Assembly (NCBI GenBank): GCA_964519305.1
Contig: CAZFHY010000013.1
Coordinates: 32,001 to 96,000, forward strand
Length of the DNA: 64,000 nt
Reading direction: 5' to 3'
From: Candidatus Undinarchaeota archaeon
GTDB lineage: Archaea; SpSt-1190; JASMDC01
Under the pieces are notes generated by a model. That model did no database searches, had not been told where the DNA came from, and saw only the letters and a list, made by a program, of their open reading frames with translations. Positions 36,378-46,560 of this stretch are shown one piece after another (the first letter of the stretch is position 1; each line of letters starts with the position of its first letter). A program made the position numbers and the translations under genes.

Positions 36378-36424
36378 GGCCCTTCAGGTCTTCAAGAGAG
36401 ATAAAAAGATATCCTCTGTCCCCC

Positions 36425-36931
36425 TCACTTCCCATCGTACACGATCTCTGAACCGAGGCAGCGCTTGTACTCCTTGAGGATTATGTAGGTGTGCTCGTTG
36501 TTGATCCCCTCAATCTTGAATATCTCGTTGCTCAGGAAGGAGTTCAGGTCCTCCTGGTCCTTGAATATCCCGTGTACCATGAGGTTGAAATTACCTGACA
36601 CCGAGTACATGAGGGTCACCTGGGGAAGCACTTTGAGTCTGTTGGTGACAGCCTCCACCATGCTGGGGGATATGTTCAGACCGAAGATGACCGTGATGTT
36701 CTTCCCAAACTTCTTCGGATCGATGGCAGTGATGAAGCCAGTGATATATCCTTCCTCTCTGAGTCGTTTCACACGTGTACCCACAGTGACCGAGGATATT
36801 CCGATCTCCTGTCCGATCTTGCGGAACGACTTTCGAGCATCATTGTAGAGATGGGTGAGAATCCTCTTGTCGATCGAGTCGATACCGATCGACGGGTCCA
36901 TTCTTGCTTGGACACGCTTTTTGGTTTGCAT
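36425..36931 (-). CDS. Lrp/AsnC-family transcriptional regulator
   Basis: IDKRIL..L..DAR....IG..IGIS..TV..RVKRL...G.I HTH followed by a RAM domain. Divergent from the hdr operon. Start may be 36901. Confidence 0.88.
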   Translation of the reverse strand: MQTKKRVQARMDPSIGIDSIDKRILTHLYNDARKSFRKIGQEIGISSVTVGTRVKRLREEGYITGFITAIDPKKFGKNITVIFGLNISPSMVEAVTNRLKVLPQVTLMYSVSGNFNLMVHGIFKDQEDLNSFLSNEIFKIEGINNEHTYIILKEYKRCLGSEIVYDGK

Positions 36932-37125
36932 TGGAATGATGAACCATCCGTTCGCTTAAAACACTTCGCATTTTCAGCCTTTCATCTTTCCAAATAAAAA
37001 CGCGATTTGAATACCTCTGAAGGCTACTAATTCTCCCTCGAAAAAAAATCGAAAAACCACCCATAAATAGTAAAAAACCTGTTTTTCAATTGTTAGTAGA
37101 ATTCTGTTGTTGATTTAGGATTTCT

Positions 37126-37147
37126 AAGAAAATTGGCCAAATTTCTT
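37126..37147. promoter_or_regulatory. 22-bp near-perfect palindrome in the AT-rich lrp/hdrA divergent promoter
   Basis: AAGAAAATTGGCCAAATTTCTT, with one mismatched pair. Confidence 0.45.
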
Positions 37148-37242
37148 TGTAGTTATGCGGTGTTTTCCCCTCATTAACAAACCTTAAAAGTCTGCTCTCG
37201 TTGGGCGAACACATCATGCCGGAAAGGCAGGGGTCTGATTCC

Positions 37243-39198
37243 ATGAAGATTGGCGTCTATATTTGTGACTGTGGAATAAATATCGGGGCAACGGTGGACG
37301 TACCCGCCGTTGTTGAGTTCGCAAAGACGTTGCCCAACGTCATTGTCGCTCGGGAGAACAAGTACACGTGCTCGGATCCGGGTCAGGAGACGATCAGGAA
37401 GGATATCAAGGAGCTCGGTGTGGACCGAATTGTGGTAGCTGCGTGCTCCCCTCGGATGCACGAGCCGACCTACCGGAACGTGCTGAAGGATTGCGGTCTG
37501 AGCCCCCATCTCCTTGAGATGGCCAACATCCGGGAGCAGTGTTCCTGGGTGCACAAGGACAGGGCTGTCGGGACACCGAAGGCGAAGCAAATCGTCGCCG
37601 GTTCGGTCGCGCGAGCTGCGCTCCTTGAACCGCTCGAGTACCTAGAGGTCCCAACCATCCCCTCCGTGCTCGTGATCGGGGGCGGTATAGCGGGAATCCA
37701 GGCGGCACTCGATAGCGCTGACAAGGGATTCAAGACCTACCTTGTCGAGAAGGATCCCAGCATCGGCGGAAAGATGGCCCAGCTGGACAAGACATTCCCC
37801 ACCATGGACTGTTCCGCGTGCATCCTCACCCCGAAGATGGTGGACGTGGCTAGGCATCCCAACATCGAACTAATCACCTACGCGGAGATCGAAGAGGTCT
37901 CCGGTTTCATCGGTAACTTCAAGGTGAAGGTCAAGAAGAAGACCCGGTTCGTCGACATAGAGAAGTGCAACGGTTGCGGTGAGTGCGCCGCAAACTGCCG
38001 TATGAAAGACCGCATCCCTAACGAGTTCGACGCCAACCTCGGCAAGCGGAGCGCGATCTACGTACCGTTCCCACAGGCAGTCCCGTTGAGGATGACGATC
38101 GATCCGGAGAAGTGCCTCATGCTCACTCTCGGCAAGTGCGGGAAGGGCCCCCTGTGCCAGGAGGCTTGCGACCGTGGTGCGATCGACTTCGAGCAGAAAG
38201 AGGAGATCGTGGAGCTGGACATCGGCTCCATCATCGTTGCCACCGGTTTCGACCTATTCGATGCGAAGAGGAAGCCCAACTACGGCTATGGGACGTCCCC
38301 GCGCGTCATCACCGGCCTTGAGTTCGAGCGCATAGTCTCGGCCTCCGGCCCTTCCGGCGGTCACATCGAGATCGACGGCAAGGAACCGAAGAACGTGGCG
38401 TTCATCCAGTGCGTAGGTTCACGTGACAAGGAGACGAACGAGTACTGTTCGCGAGTCTGTTGCATGTACACGGCCAAACACGCCCACATGGTCCGGGACA
38501 AGCTCCCTGACTCCAACGTCATCGTGTACAATACAGATGTCCGCGCTTTCGGGAAGGGTTTCGAGGAGTTCTATAACAGGGTCAAGGACGAAGGCGTCGA
38601 GTACCGGCGACGGGAGCTCGATCAGAGCATCGAGGTCACCCCTGAGGGGGATTCCGTGATCGTGAAGGCCGAGGGACACCCCGACTTCGCCGCCGATCTG
38701 GTCGTGCTGGCCACGGCCATCGAGCCGAGGCTGGACTCGAAGGAGCTGAAGAACCAGCTGAAGATCTCATGCAGCCCGGACACGTTCCTCTTAGAGGCGC
38801 ACCCGAAGCTGCGCCCCATCGACACGTTCACAGATGGCATATTCCTAGCCGGGTGCTGCCAGGGGCCCAAGGACATCCCTGACGCTGTTGCCCAGGCGAG
38901 CGGTGCCGCCGTGCGTGCCTGTATCCCCCTCGCTCAGGGGAAGGTCAGCGTGGAGCCTATCTTCGCTGCTATCGACGATGACTCATGCTCGGGATGCCGG
39001 GTATGTGAGAGCCTGTGCCCCTATGGCGCCCTGGAGTTCGATGCCGAGGAGAAGACCATGAAGATCCAGCAGGTACTCTGCAAGGGATGCGGGACCTGTG
39101 GTGCGGCCTGTCCCTCGGGTTCGATTACCATGAGCCATTTCAGTGACAGCCAGCTGATCGCGCAGCTTGTGGCCATCATCAAGAGCGGAGGTGCTTAA
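37243..39198 (+). CDS. hdrA: heterodisulfide reductase subunit A (intact)
   Basis: [36 protein letters not shown], inserted ferredoxin, [21 protein letters not shown] and a C-terminal ferredoxin. Confidence 0.95.
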   Translation: MKIGVYICDCGINIGATVDVPAVVEFAKTLPNVIVARENKYTCSDPGQETIRKDIKELGVDRIVVAACSPRMHEPTYRNVLKDCGLSPHLLEMANIREQCSWVHKDRAVGTPKAKQIVAGSVARAALLEPLEYLEVPTIPSVLVIGGGIAGIQAALDSADKGFKTYLVEKDPSIGGKMAQLDKTFPTMDCSACILTPKMVDVARHPNIELITYAEIEEVSGFIGNFKVKVKKKTRFVDIEKCNGCGECAANCRMKDRIPNEFDANLGKRSAIYVPFPQAVPLRMTIDPEKCLMLTLGKCGKGPLCQEACDRGAIDFEQKEEIVELDIGSIIVATGFDLFDAKRKPNYGYGTSPRVITGLEFERIVSASGPSGGHIEIDGKEPKNVAFIQCVGSRDKETNEYCSRVCCMYTAKHAHMVRDKLPDSNVIVYNTDVRAFGKGFEEFYNRVKDEGVEYRRRELDQSIEVTPEGDSVIVKAEGHPDFAADLVVLATAIEPRLDSKELKNQLKISCSPDTFLLEAHPKLRPIDTFTDGIFLAGCCQGPKDIPDAVAQASGAAVRACIPLAQGKVSVEPIFAAIDDDSCSGCRVCESLCPYGALEFDAEEKTMKIQQVLCKGCGTCGAACPSGSITMSHFSDSQLIAQLVAIIKSGGA

Positions 39199-39200
39199 TC

Positions 39201-40544
39201 ATGAGGATTGGTGTATACGTTTGCGAGTGCGGTATCAACATCGCCGCCACCGTCGATGTGGAGAAGGTGGCGAAGGCCGCAGAGAGCCTGCCCGGCGTGA
39301 AGATCTCACGGTACTACAAGTACATGTGCTCGGACCCGGGCCAGGACATGATCAAGAAGGACATCAAGGAGCTCAAGCTCGACCGCGTCGTCGTGGCGTC
39401 CTGCTCTCCCTTGATGCACGAACCTACCTTCCGAACTGCCTGTGAAGAGGCGGGCCTCAACAAGTACTGCTTCGAGATGGCCAACATCAGGGAGCAGTGC
39501 TCATGGGTGCACAAGGACAAGGAGAAGGGGACCGAGAAGGCCCTCGCCATCGTCCGAGCGTCCGTAGCTAAGGCCGCTCTCCTCCAGGCCATGGACGAGA
39601 AGCAGGTCCCTGTGACGAAGAAGGCGATGGTGATCGGCGGCGGTATCGCCGGTATCCAGACCGCGCTGGACATCGCCGACATGGGCTTCCCCGTGACCCT
39701 GGTGGAGCGCGAGCCCAGCGTAGGTGGGCACATGGCCCAGCTGGACAAGACATTCCCCACCCTGGACTGCTCTGCATGCATCCTGACCCCCAAGATGGTC
39801 GACGTGGGAAGGCATCCCAACATCGAGCTCCTGACCTTCGCCGAGGTCGAGGAGATCGACGGCTTCGTAGGTAACTTCAACGTCAAGGTCAGGAAGAAGG
39901 CTAAGTCCATCGACACGGAGAAATGCACGAGCTGCGGTGAGTGCATGATCAACTGCTTGGTCCGGTACCTCCCCCAACCCCAAGAGGTCCCGAGCATCCG
40001 TGACTCCATCGATGAGGACACCCTCAAGAAATACGATGCAGTCATCAGCAAGCACGAGGGCGGCGCCCTCATTCCGGTCCTACAGGACATCAACGCGACG
40101 TTCAACTACCTGCCTGCGGACGCCCTTGCCTGCGTTGCAGAGAAGCTGGAGCTCCCGCTGAGCCAGGTGTTCCACGTGGCGACCTTCTACACGGCCTTCA
40201 GCTTGGAGCCGCGCGGTGAGCACCTCATCAAGGTCTGCCTCGGCACTGCCTGTCACGTGCGGGGTGGCCATGGGGTCCTGGACGAGATCGTGCGACAGCT
40301 CGGTATCCAGCCCGGTGAGACCACCGAGGACAAGAAGTTCACACTGGAAACGGTCAACTGTCTCGGTTGCTGTGCCCTCGGCCCAGTGGTCGTTATCGAT
40401 GACCAGTACTACCCGACGTCCCCCAGGAAGGTGGGCGCACTGCTCAATGAGTACCGGACCACGGGAGGGGCCGGGATCAAGCCGGTCGCCCCCCCTGAGC
40501 AAACACTTGAGGAGCTGACGGAAACGGGAGGTGGACGAATATGA
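39201..40544 (+). CDS. fusion: HdrA N-terminal half + NuoE/HydC [2Fe-2S] domain
   Basis: About aa 1-252 are collinear with HdrA up to [11 protein letters not shown]. Then follow LIPVLQ...[19 protein letters not shown] and CLGCC. Confidence 0.9.
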   Translation: MRIGVYVCECGINIAATVDVEKVAKAAESLPGVKISRYYKYMCSDPGQDMIKKDIKELKLDRVVVASCSPLMHEPTFRTACEEAGLNKYCFEMANIREQCSWVHKDKEKGTEKALAIVRASVAKAALLQAMDEKQVPVTKKAMVIGGGIAGIQTALDIADMGFPVTLVEREPSVGGHMAQLDKTFPTLDCSACILTPKMVDVGRHPNIELLTFAEVEEIDGFVGNFNVKVRKKAKSIDTEKCTSCGECMINCLVRYLPQPQEVPSIRDSIDEDTLKKYDAVISKHEGGALIPVLQDINATFNYLPADALACVAEKLELPLSQVFHVATFYTAFSLEPRGEHLIKVCLGTACHVRGGHGVLDEIVRQLGIQPGETTEDKKFTLETVNCLGCCALGPVVVIDDQYYPTSPRKVGALLNEYRTTGGAGIKPVAPPEQTLEELTETGGGRI

Positions 40545-42394
40545 CGAAGCTCGCTAACGTCAAGGATCTAGAGGCGCTTAGTAAAGAGGTCGCTGCCACA
40601 AAGGACCCGAAGAAGCGCAGCATCATCGTATCAGGCGGTACCTGCGGTCGCGCCTTCGGTGGGGACGAACTGGTCGCCTCCGTAAAGAAGGAGCTCGAAG
40701 CACAGGGCCTTAAGGACAAGATCGACCTCAGGGTCACCGGTTGCCTTGGTTTCTGTGAGAGAGAGCCCATCATGCTGATCCTCCCTGAGAGGATATTCTA
40801 CCCCCAGCCTGCCCCGAAGGACGTGGCCGAGATCATCACCGAGACCGTGGTCAACGGGAAGGTGATCGACCGGCTCCTGTTCACCGATCCCGCCACTGGC
40901 GAGAAGGTCGTGCAGGCACCGGAGGTACCCTTCTACAAGAAGCAGGAAAAGAACGTCTTCGGCAGGAACGATAAGATCGATCCCACGAGCATCACCGACT
41001 ACATCGGTATCGGAGGGTACGGCTCCCTGGCCAAGGCCCTCTCGTCCATGAAACCCGAACAGGTCATCGGCACTATCAAGAAGTCGGGCCTGCGCGGGAG
41101 GGGTGGTGCTGGTTTCCCCACAGGGAAGAAGTGGGAGTTCTGTCGGAACGCACCCGGTGATTACAAGTACATCATCTGCAACGCCGACGAGGGAGATCCC
41201 GGTGCCTTCATGGACCGGAGCATCCTGGAAGGTAATCCGAACAGTGTCCTTGAGGGGATGCTCATCGGAGCGTTCGCCATCGGTGCCAACAAGGGCATCA
41301 TCTATGTGCGGGACGAGTACCCGCTGGCCGTCGAGCGACTCGAGAACGCTATCAAGCAGGCGAAGGAGCTCGGGCTCATGGGCAAGAACATCCTCGGCTC
41401 CGGGTTCGATTTCGAGATCGAGATCCACCGCGGTGCCGGTGCCTTCGTTTGCGGCGAGGAGACATCTCTCATCGCCTCCCTTGAGAACCGTGCGGGCGAG
41501 CCGCGCCAGCGGCCCCCCTTCCCCGTTACCAAGGGTCTGTGGGGCAAGCCCACCAACATCAACAACGTGAAGACCTGGGCCAATGTCCCCCTTATCATAG
41601 ACAAGGGTGCCGACTGGTTCGCCGGTATCGGTACAGAGGGGAGCAAAGGAACCATGATCTTCTCCCTGGTAGGCAAGGTCAACAACACGGGATTGGTCGA
41701 GGTCCCCATGGGGATCACTCTCCGGGAGATGGTCTACGACCTCGGTGGCGGTATCAAGGACGGTAAGGCGTTCAAGGCCGTACAGATCGGCGGGCCTTCA
41801 GGTGGCTGTATCCCAGCGGACCTGCTCGACCTACCGATCGACTACGAGCGCCTCACAGAGGCCGGCGCCATGATGGGCTCCGGCGGTATGATCGTCATGG
41901 ACGAGACCACCTGTATGGTGGACGTGGCCAAGTACTTCCTCAACTTCCTCAAGGGGGAGTCGTGCGGTAAGTGCACGCCGTGCAGGGAGGGGGTCATGCA
42001 GATGCACAAGATCATCAGTGACATCTGCGACGGCAATGGGAGCATGGAGGACCTCAAGCTCCTCGAAGAGCTCGCTGCCTTCATCAAGGACGCGTCGCTC
42101 TGTGCTCTAGGGAGGACCGCGCCGAATCCGGTCCTGACCACGACCCGGTTCTTCATGGATGAGTACAAGGCCCACATCGAGAACAAGAAGTGCCCCGCGG
42201 GCGTGTGCAAGGCGCTGATCAGCTACAATATCAATGCCGAAGCGTGCACGGGTTGTACCCTGTGCGCGACACAGTGCCCACAAGAGGCCATCACTGGCGA
42301 TAAGAAAGCAGCGCATACCATCGATTCGAAGAAGTGCATCAAGTGCGGCATCTGCAAGGATGTGTGCAACTTCGGTGCGGTGAGGGTCGACTAG
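40541..42394 (+). CDS. nuoF: NuoF/HydB-like FMN NADH-binding subunit
   Basis: [43 protein letters not shown] and [12 protein letters not shown]; C-terminal 2[4Fe-4S]. Confidence 0.93.
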   Translation: MTKLANVKDLEALSKEVAATKDPKKRSIIVSGGTCGRAFGGDELVASVKKELEAQGLKDKIDLRVTGCLGFCEREPIMLILPERIFYPQPAPKDVAEIITETVVNGKVIDRLLFTDPATGEKVVQAPEVPFYKKQEKNVFGRNDKIDPTSITDYIGIGGYGSLAKALSSMKPEQVIGTIKKSGLRGRGGAGFPTGKKWEFCRNAPGDYKYIICNADEGDPGAFMDRSILEGNPNSVLEGMLIGAFAIGANKGIIYVRDEYPLAVERLENAIKQAKELGLMGKNILGSGFDFEIEIHRGAGAFVCGEETSLIASLENRAGEPRQRPPFPVTKGLWGKPTNINNVKTWANVPLIIDKGADWFAGIGTEGSKGTMIFSLVGKVNNTGLVEVPMGITLREMVYDLGGGIKDGKAFKAVQIGGPSGGCIPADLLDLPIDYERLTEAGAMMGSGGMIVMDETTCMVDVAKYFLNFLKGESCGKCTPCREGVMQMHKIISDICDGNGSMEDLKLLEELAAFIKDASLCALGRTAPNPVLTTTRFFMDEYKAHIENKKCPAGVCKALISYNINAEACTGCTLCATQCPQEAITGDKKAAHTIDSKKCIKCGICKDVCNFGAVRVD

Positions 42395-42397
42395 GAG

Positions 42398-44173
42398 GTG
42401 ATGATGATGGTAACATTCACTATTGACGGAGAAAAGGTCGAAGCTGACGAAGGTATGACGGTGCTAGAGTTCGCCCAGAAGCAGGGTATCGAGATTCCGA
42501 CCCTGTGCTACCACAAGGCGCTCGAGCCCTACGGTGGTTGCCGGTTGTGCCTCGTGGAGGTCACCGATAACGGACGGACGAGCCTCATGGCCTCGTGCAG
42601 CTACCTGATCAAGGACGGTATCGAGATCAAGACCGCATCCGACCGGGTCATCACGACCCGCAAGATGGTCATGGAGCTGTTGCTGGCGCGCTGTCCGAAC
42701 TCGGACGATGTCAAGGCCCTGGCCAAGGAGATGGGCGTCGACGGGACGCGGTTCGCTATCAACGAGAACAAGGACGAGAAGTGCGTCCTGTGCGGCCTGT
42801 GCGTGCGCATCTGCAAGGACGTGATGGGGCTCGGCGTGACGGGCTTCGTGAACCGCGGATACAAGCGTGATAAGACCACACCTTTCGGCGAGCTATCCAA
42901 GCTCTGCATGACCTGCGGCGCGTGCACCTTCGTGTGCCCGACGGACGCCTTCGGATTGGACGAGATCACATCGACCGCGCCCAAGCCGATCAAGTTCGAG
43001 TTCGAGGAGGGGCTGGTCAACCGACCTGCGGTGTACATCCCCTTCCCCCAGGCCGTCCCCAAGATCCCCGTGATCGACAAGGAGCGCTGTGCGTACTACA
43101 CCACCGGGCAGTGCAAGGCCTGCGAGAAGTTCTGCGAGCAGGATGCGATCGTGTACGACCAGGAGGACGAGGTCGTCGACCGGGACGTGGGCGCCATCGT
43201 GGTGGCCACCGGGTTTGACATGTTCGATCCCGCGAAGACGCCCCAGTACGGCTACGGGACGTCCGCCCGCATCATCACTGGCCTGGAGTTCGAGCGTTAC
43301 ACCAACGCCTCGGGCCCCACCGGCGGTAAGATCAAGATCGATGGTAAGGAACCGAAGAAGGTCGCCTTCATCTCGTGCGTCGGCTCGCGCGACAGAGAAG
43401 GCCATGAGTACTGTTCCAGGATCTGCTGCATGTACACGGCAAAACATGCGCACATGGTCAGGGACAAGCTCCCCGGCTCCGAGGTCACGGTGTACTTCAC
43501 CGATATGCGCGCCTTTGGAAAGGGCTTTGAGGAGTTCTATAACAGGGTCAAGGAAGAGGGCGTCGAGTACCGACGACGGGAGCTCGAGGAAGACATCCAG
43601 ATCATCCCGAAGGGCAACGGCGTCGTTGTCAAGTCTGCCGGTCACCCGGACCTCGATGTGGACCTTGTTGTGCTCGCGACGGCAGTGGAACCTCGAGGGG
43701 ACACGGGTGCCGTCCGAAGCCTCCTGAAGGTATCCTCCAGCATGGACGGATTCCTCCTGGAAGCCCACCCCAAGCTGCGACCCATCGACACCCACACTGA
43801 CGGCATATTCCTGGCCGGTTGCTGCCAGGCACCAAGGGACGTCCCCGACACCGTGGCCCAGGCGAGCGGTGCGGCCTCGAGGGTCACATCGCTGCTGTCG
43901 AGGGAGAACCTCTCCATCGACGCCATCGTGTCGTTCGTCAATGAGAAGCAGTGCCGCGGATGCGGATTCTGCGTCGAGGTGTGCCCTTACGGGGCCATCG
44001 AGCTCGTGACCAAGGACCTGGCCGGGCGCGAGGTCATGATCGCCTCGGTGAACGAGGCGCTGTGCAAGGGCTGTGGCTCATGCGCGGCCGCCTGTCTGTC
44101 CGGTGCGATGCAACAGAAGGGCTTCACGGACGAGCAGCTGCTTGATGCTCTTGACGGACTGGTGGGGGGGTGA
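42398..44173 (+). CDS. fusion: NuoG/HydA-like N-terminal Fe-S domain + HdrA C-terminal half
   Basis: IPTLC..GGCRLC..SC, CVLCGLC and CMTCGAC, then YIPFPQAVP, ATG, LEFER, CSRICCMY, HPKLRP, GIFLAGC and a terminal ferredoxin. Start among 42398-42407. Confidence 0.9.
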   Translation: MMMMVTFTIDGEKVEADEGMTVLEFAQKQGIEIPTLCYHKALEPYGGCRLCLVEVTDNGRTSLMASCSYLIKDGIEIKTASDRVITTRKMVMELLLARCPNSDDVKALAKEMGVDGTRFAINENKDEKCVLCGLCVRICKDVMGLGVTGFVNRGYKRDKTTPFGELSKLCMTCGACTFVCPTDAFGLDEITSTAPKPIKFEFEEGLVNRPAVYIPFPQAVPKIPVIDKERCAYYTTGQCKACEKFCEQDAIVYDQEDEVVDRDVGAIVVATGFDMFDPAKTPQYGYGTSARIITGLEFERYTNASGPTGGKIKIDGKEPKKVAFISCVGSRDREGHEYCSRICCMYTAKHAHMVRDKLPGSEVTVYFTDMRAFGKGFEEFYNRVKEEGVEYRRRELEEDIQIIPKGNGVVVKSAGHPDLDVDLVVLATAVEPRGDTGAVRSLLKVSSSMDGFLLEAHPKLRPIDTHTDGIFLAGCCQAPRDVPDTVAQASGAASRVTSLLSRENLSIDAIVSFVNEKQCRGCGFCVEVCPYGAIELVTKDLAGREVMIASVNEALCKGCGSCAAACLSGAMQQKGFTDEQLLDALDGLVGG

Positions 44174-44178
44174 GGACC

Positions 44179-44604
44179 ATGGCAGATGATACTTTCGAAC
44201 CGAACATCGTAGCGTTCCTGTGCAACTGGTGCTCGTATACGGGTGCCGACCTAGCGGGGACCAGCAGGATCCAGTACCCGCCCAACGTGAAGGTCGTGCG
44301 GGTCATGTGCAGCGGCCGGGTGAATCCCATGCTCGTCGTCCACGCTCTTCAGCAGGGTGCGGACGGTGTGCTCATATCAGGATGTCACCCCGGCGACTGC
44401 CACTACACACAGGGCAACTACTTCGCCCGCAGGAGGATGAAGCTCATGACGAGCCTTCTGGAGTACGTGGGCATCGATCCCAAGCGGGTTCAGATGTCCT
44501 GGGTCTCCGCTTCCGAGGGGCAGAAGTTCGCTGACGTGATCACAAAGGTCACCGAGGACGTGCGGACGCTCGGACCGAACACCGAGTTCCCGAGGGAGGT
44601 GTGA
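44179..44604 (+). CDS. mvhD: MvhD/FlxD [2Fe-2S] subunit
   Basis: CNWCSY.GAD.AG, MCSGR and GCHPGDCHY. Confidence 0.92.
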   Translation: MADDTFEPNIVAFLCNWCSYTGADLAGTSRIQYPPNVKVVRVMCSGRVNPMLVVHALQQGADGVLISGCHPGDCHYTQGNYFARRRMKLMTSLLEYVGIDPKRVQMSWVSASEGQKFADVITKVTEDVRTLGPNTEFPREV

Positions 44605-44606
44605 AG

Positions 44607-45551
44607 ATGGACGAGGAAAAGATGCGTTCGACCGCCCGCGATCTACTGAGCAAGGGAGAGGTCAAGTACGTTATCGGATACGAACAGGCCGGCTTTGGAC
44701 AAAAGGTGCGGCCCTGCATCATCACGAAACCCGAGGAGACCGACAAGCTAGTGCTCTCGCCCATGTGCAAGAACAACCTCGCTGTCTATCTCACGCTCGA
44801 GCCGCCCGAAGAGAAGGGTAAGATCGCCGTTATCGCTAAGGGTTGCGATGCCCGCGCACTGGTCCAGCTCATCCAGGAGCGGGGCTTCGAGCGAGATAAC
44901 CTGGTCATACTGGGCGTTCCCTGCCCGGGCATGATCGATCCGGACAAGCTCTATGAAGAGGTCCTCGAGGAGGACATCGTCGGGATCTCCGAGTCAAGCG
45001 ACACGTTCATCATAAGTACGAAGGGCGGCGAGCGCACCTTCAAGAAGGCGGACGTGATCTTCGATGAGTGCGGTCACTGTGCTCATCCCACTCCGCTCAT
45101 CGCCGATAAAATGCTCGGCGAGGTCATCGAAAGTGGTGCCTTGGAGCTGACCGATCCTACAAAGGACATGTCGCCTGGAGAGCGATGGGCCTACTGGTCG
45201 GAAAAGTTCGAGACGTGCATCCGGTGCTATGCCTGCAGGCAGGCATGCCCGCTCTGCTTCTGTGAGGAGTGCGCCGCCGACTCGCTCCGACCCAACTGGG
45301 TCCGACGGTCAGTGAACCGCTCAGAGAATGCGGCATGGCATTTCATGCGCGCCTTCCATCATGCAGGGCGGTGCTCGGAGTGTGGCGAGTGCGAGCGTGT
45401 GTGTCCTGTTGGGCTCCCTCTCATGGTCCTCAACAAGATGCTCGCTCAAGAGGCCAAGGATGTCTTCGACTACACGGCCGGTACTGACGCTGATGGAAAG
45501 CCGCTCTTGACATCATTCGAGACCGATGACAAGGAGGACTTTATCCTGTAG
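44607..45551 (+). CDS. FlxC-like 4Fe-4S protein
   Basis: KGCD.RA, CIRCYACRQACPLCFC and H.AGRC..CGECERVCP. Confidence 0.8.
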   Translation: MDEEKMRSTARDLLSKGEVKYVIGYEQAGFGQKVRPCIITKPEETDKLVLSPMCKNNLAVYLTLEPPEEKGKIAVIAKGCDARALVQLIQERGFERDNLVILGVPCPGMIDPDKLYEEVLEEDIVGISESSDTFIISTKGGERTFKKADVIFDECGHCAHPTPLIADKMLGEVIESGALELTDPTKDMSPGERWAYWSEKFETCIRCYACRQACPLCFCEECAADSLRPNWVRRSVNRSENAAWHFMRAFHHAGRCSECGECERVCPVGLPLMVLNKMLAQEAKDVFDYTAGTDADGKPLLTSFETDDKEDFIL

Positions 45552-45560
45552 GTGATCATC

Positions 45561-46559
45561 ATGGACGCGATACTCAATAAGGACAATCTCGACGAGCTCA
45601 TCACCAAGCTGGGGTACGAGGTGCTCGCACCCGTCAAGAAGGACAAGACCGTGTCCTTCGAGACGGTCAAGAAAGCCTCGGACATCGCCTGGGGGTCCGC
45701 GAACACCGCGGTGCCCCCCAAGCGACTGTTCTTCCCTCAGACCGAAGAGCTTTTCACCTACGATGGCGATGAGATCACCGACCGGGCGCCCAAGCCGGAG
45801 AAGCGGCTCGTGCTCGGTATCCGGCCCTGCGACGCCCGCAGCTTCGCCATCCTGGACCCGCTCTTCACCAAGGACTTCAACGATCCCTACTACAAGAACA
45901 GGAGGGACAACACGGTGCTCGTGGGCCTTGCATGCACGGCCCCCGGAAGGAACTGTTTCTGCACTTCGCTAGGAGCGGGACCATTCGACACCAAGGGTCT
46001 TGACCTGCTCCTGGTGGACCTCGGGGACAAGTTCCTCGTTCGCTCCGCTTCCGAGAAGGGTGAGAAGTTCCTTGCAGAGAACAAGAGCCTCTTCGGTGAG
46101 GCCGGCAACGATGCCGCGGCCGCCGATGAGCTCAAGGCGAAGGCCGAAGGTATGATGCACCGCACGATCGATGTCTCCACGCTTCCCACGAAGCTGAAGA
46201 CGCTGTTCGACGACCCGATCTGGGACGACCTTGCACAGACATGTGTTGGTTGTTATGCGTGCACCTACCTCTGCCCCACCTGCCACTGCTTCGATATCCA
46301 GGACGAGGTCCGGGGCAAGAAGGGACGACGTATCCGTATCTGGGACAGCTGTGTCAATCCCGAGTACACCCTTCACGCCTCAGGGTACAACCCCCGACCC
46401 GGACGGACGAACCGGATGAGGAACCGGATCCTGCACAAGTACCAGTACTACCCGGAGAACTTCGACGTTATCGCATGTGTGGGTTGTGGACGATGTATCG
46501 ACCACTGCCCGGTGAGCAATGACCTAGTTGAGTTCCTGGGAAAGATAGGAGGGAAGTGA
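45561..46559 (+). CDS. FlxB/AsrA-like 4Fe-4S protein
   Basis: K..FFPQ.E, RPCD, CFC, CVGCYAC..LCPTCHC, WDSC and CVGCGRC...CP. Confidence 0.85.
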   Translation: MDAILNKDNLDELITKLGYEVLAPVKKDKTVSFETVKKASDIAWGSANTAVPPKRLFFPQTEELFTYDGDEITDRAPKPEKRLVLGIRPCDARSFAILDPLFTKDFNDPYYKNRRDNTVLVGLACTAPGRNCFCTSLGAGPFDTKGLDLLLVDLGDKFLVRSASEKGEKFLAENKSLFGEAGNDAAAADELKAKAEGMMHRTIDVSTLPTKLKTLFDDPIWDDLAQTCVGCYACTYLCPTCHCFDIQDEVRGKKGRRIRIWDSCVNPEYTLHASGYNPRPGRTNRMRNRILHKYQYYPENFDVIACVGCGRCIDHCPVSNDLVEFLGKIGGK

Positions 46560-46560
46560 A

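Noticed and set aside
40541-42990. Respiratory complex I or an [FeFe] hydrogenase
   Set aside because: There are no membrane Nuo subunits and no H-cluster domain; the NuoG-like part runs directly into HdrA.
44164-44173. G7 tract where one extra G would fuse HdrA(C) to MvhD
   Set aside because: It is adequately explained as Gly codons plus an RBS-like GGGGTGA before ATG 44179. There is no evidence for slippage.
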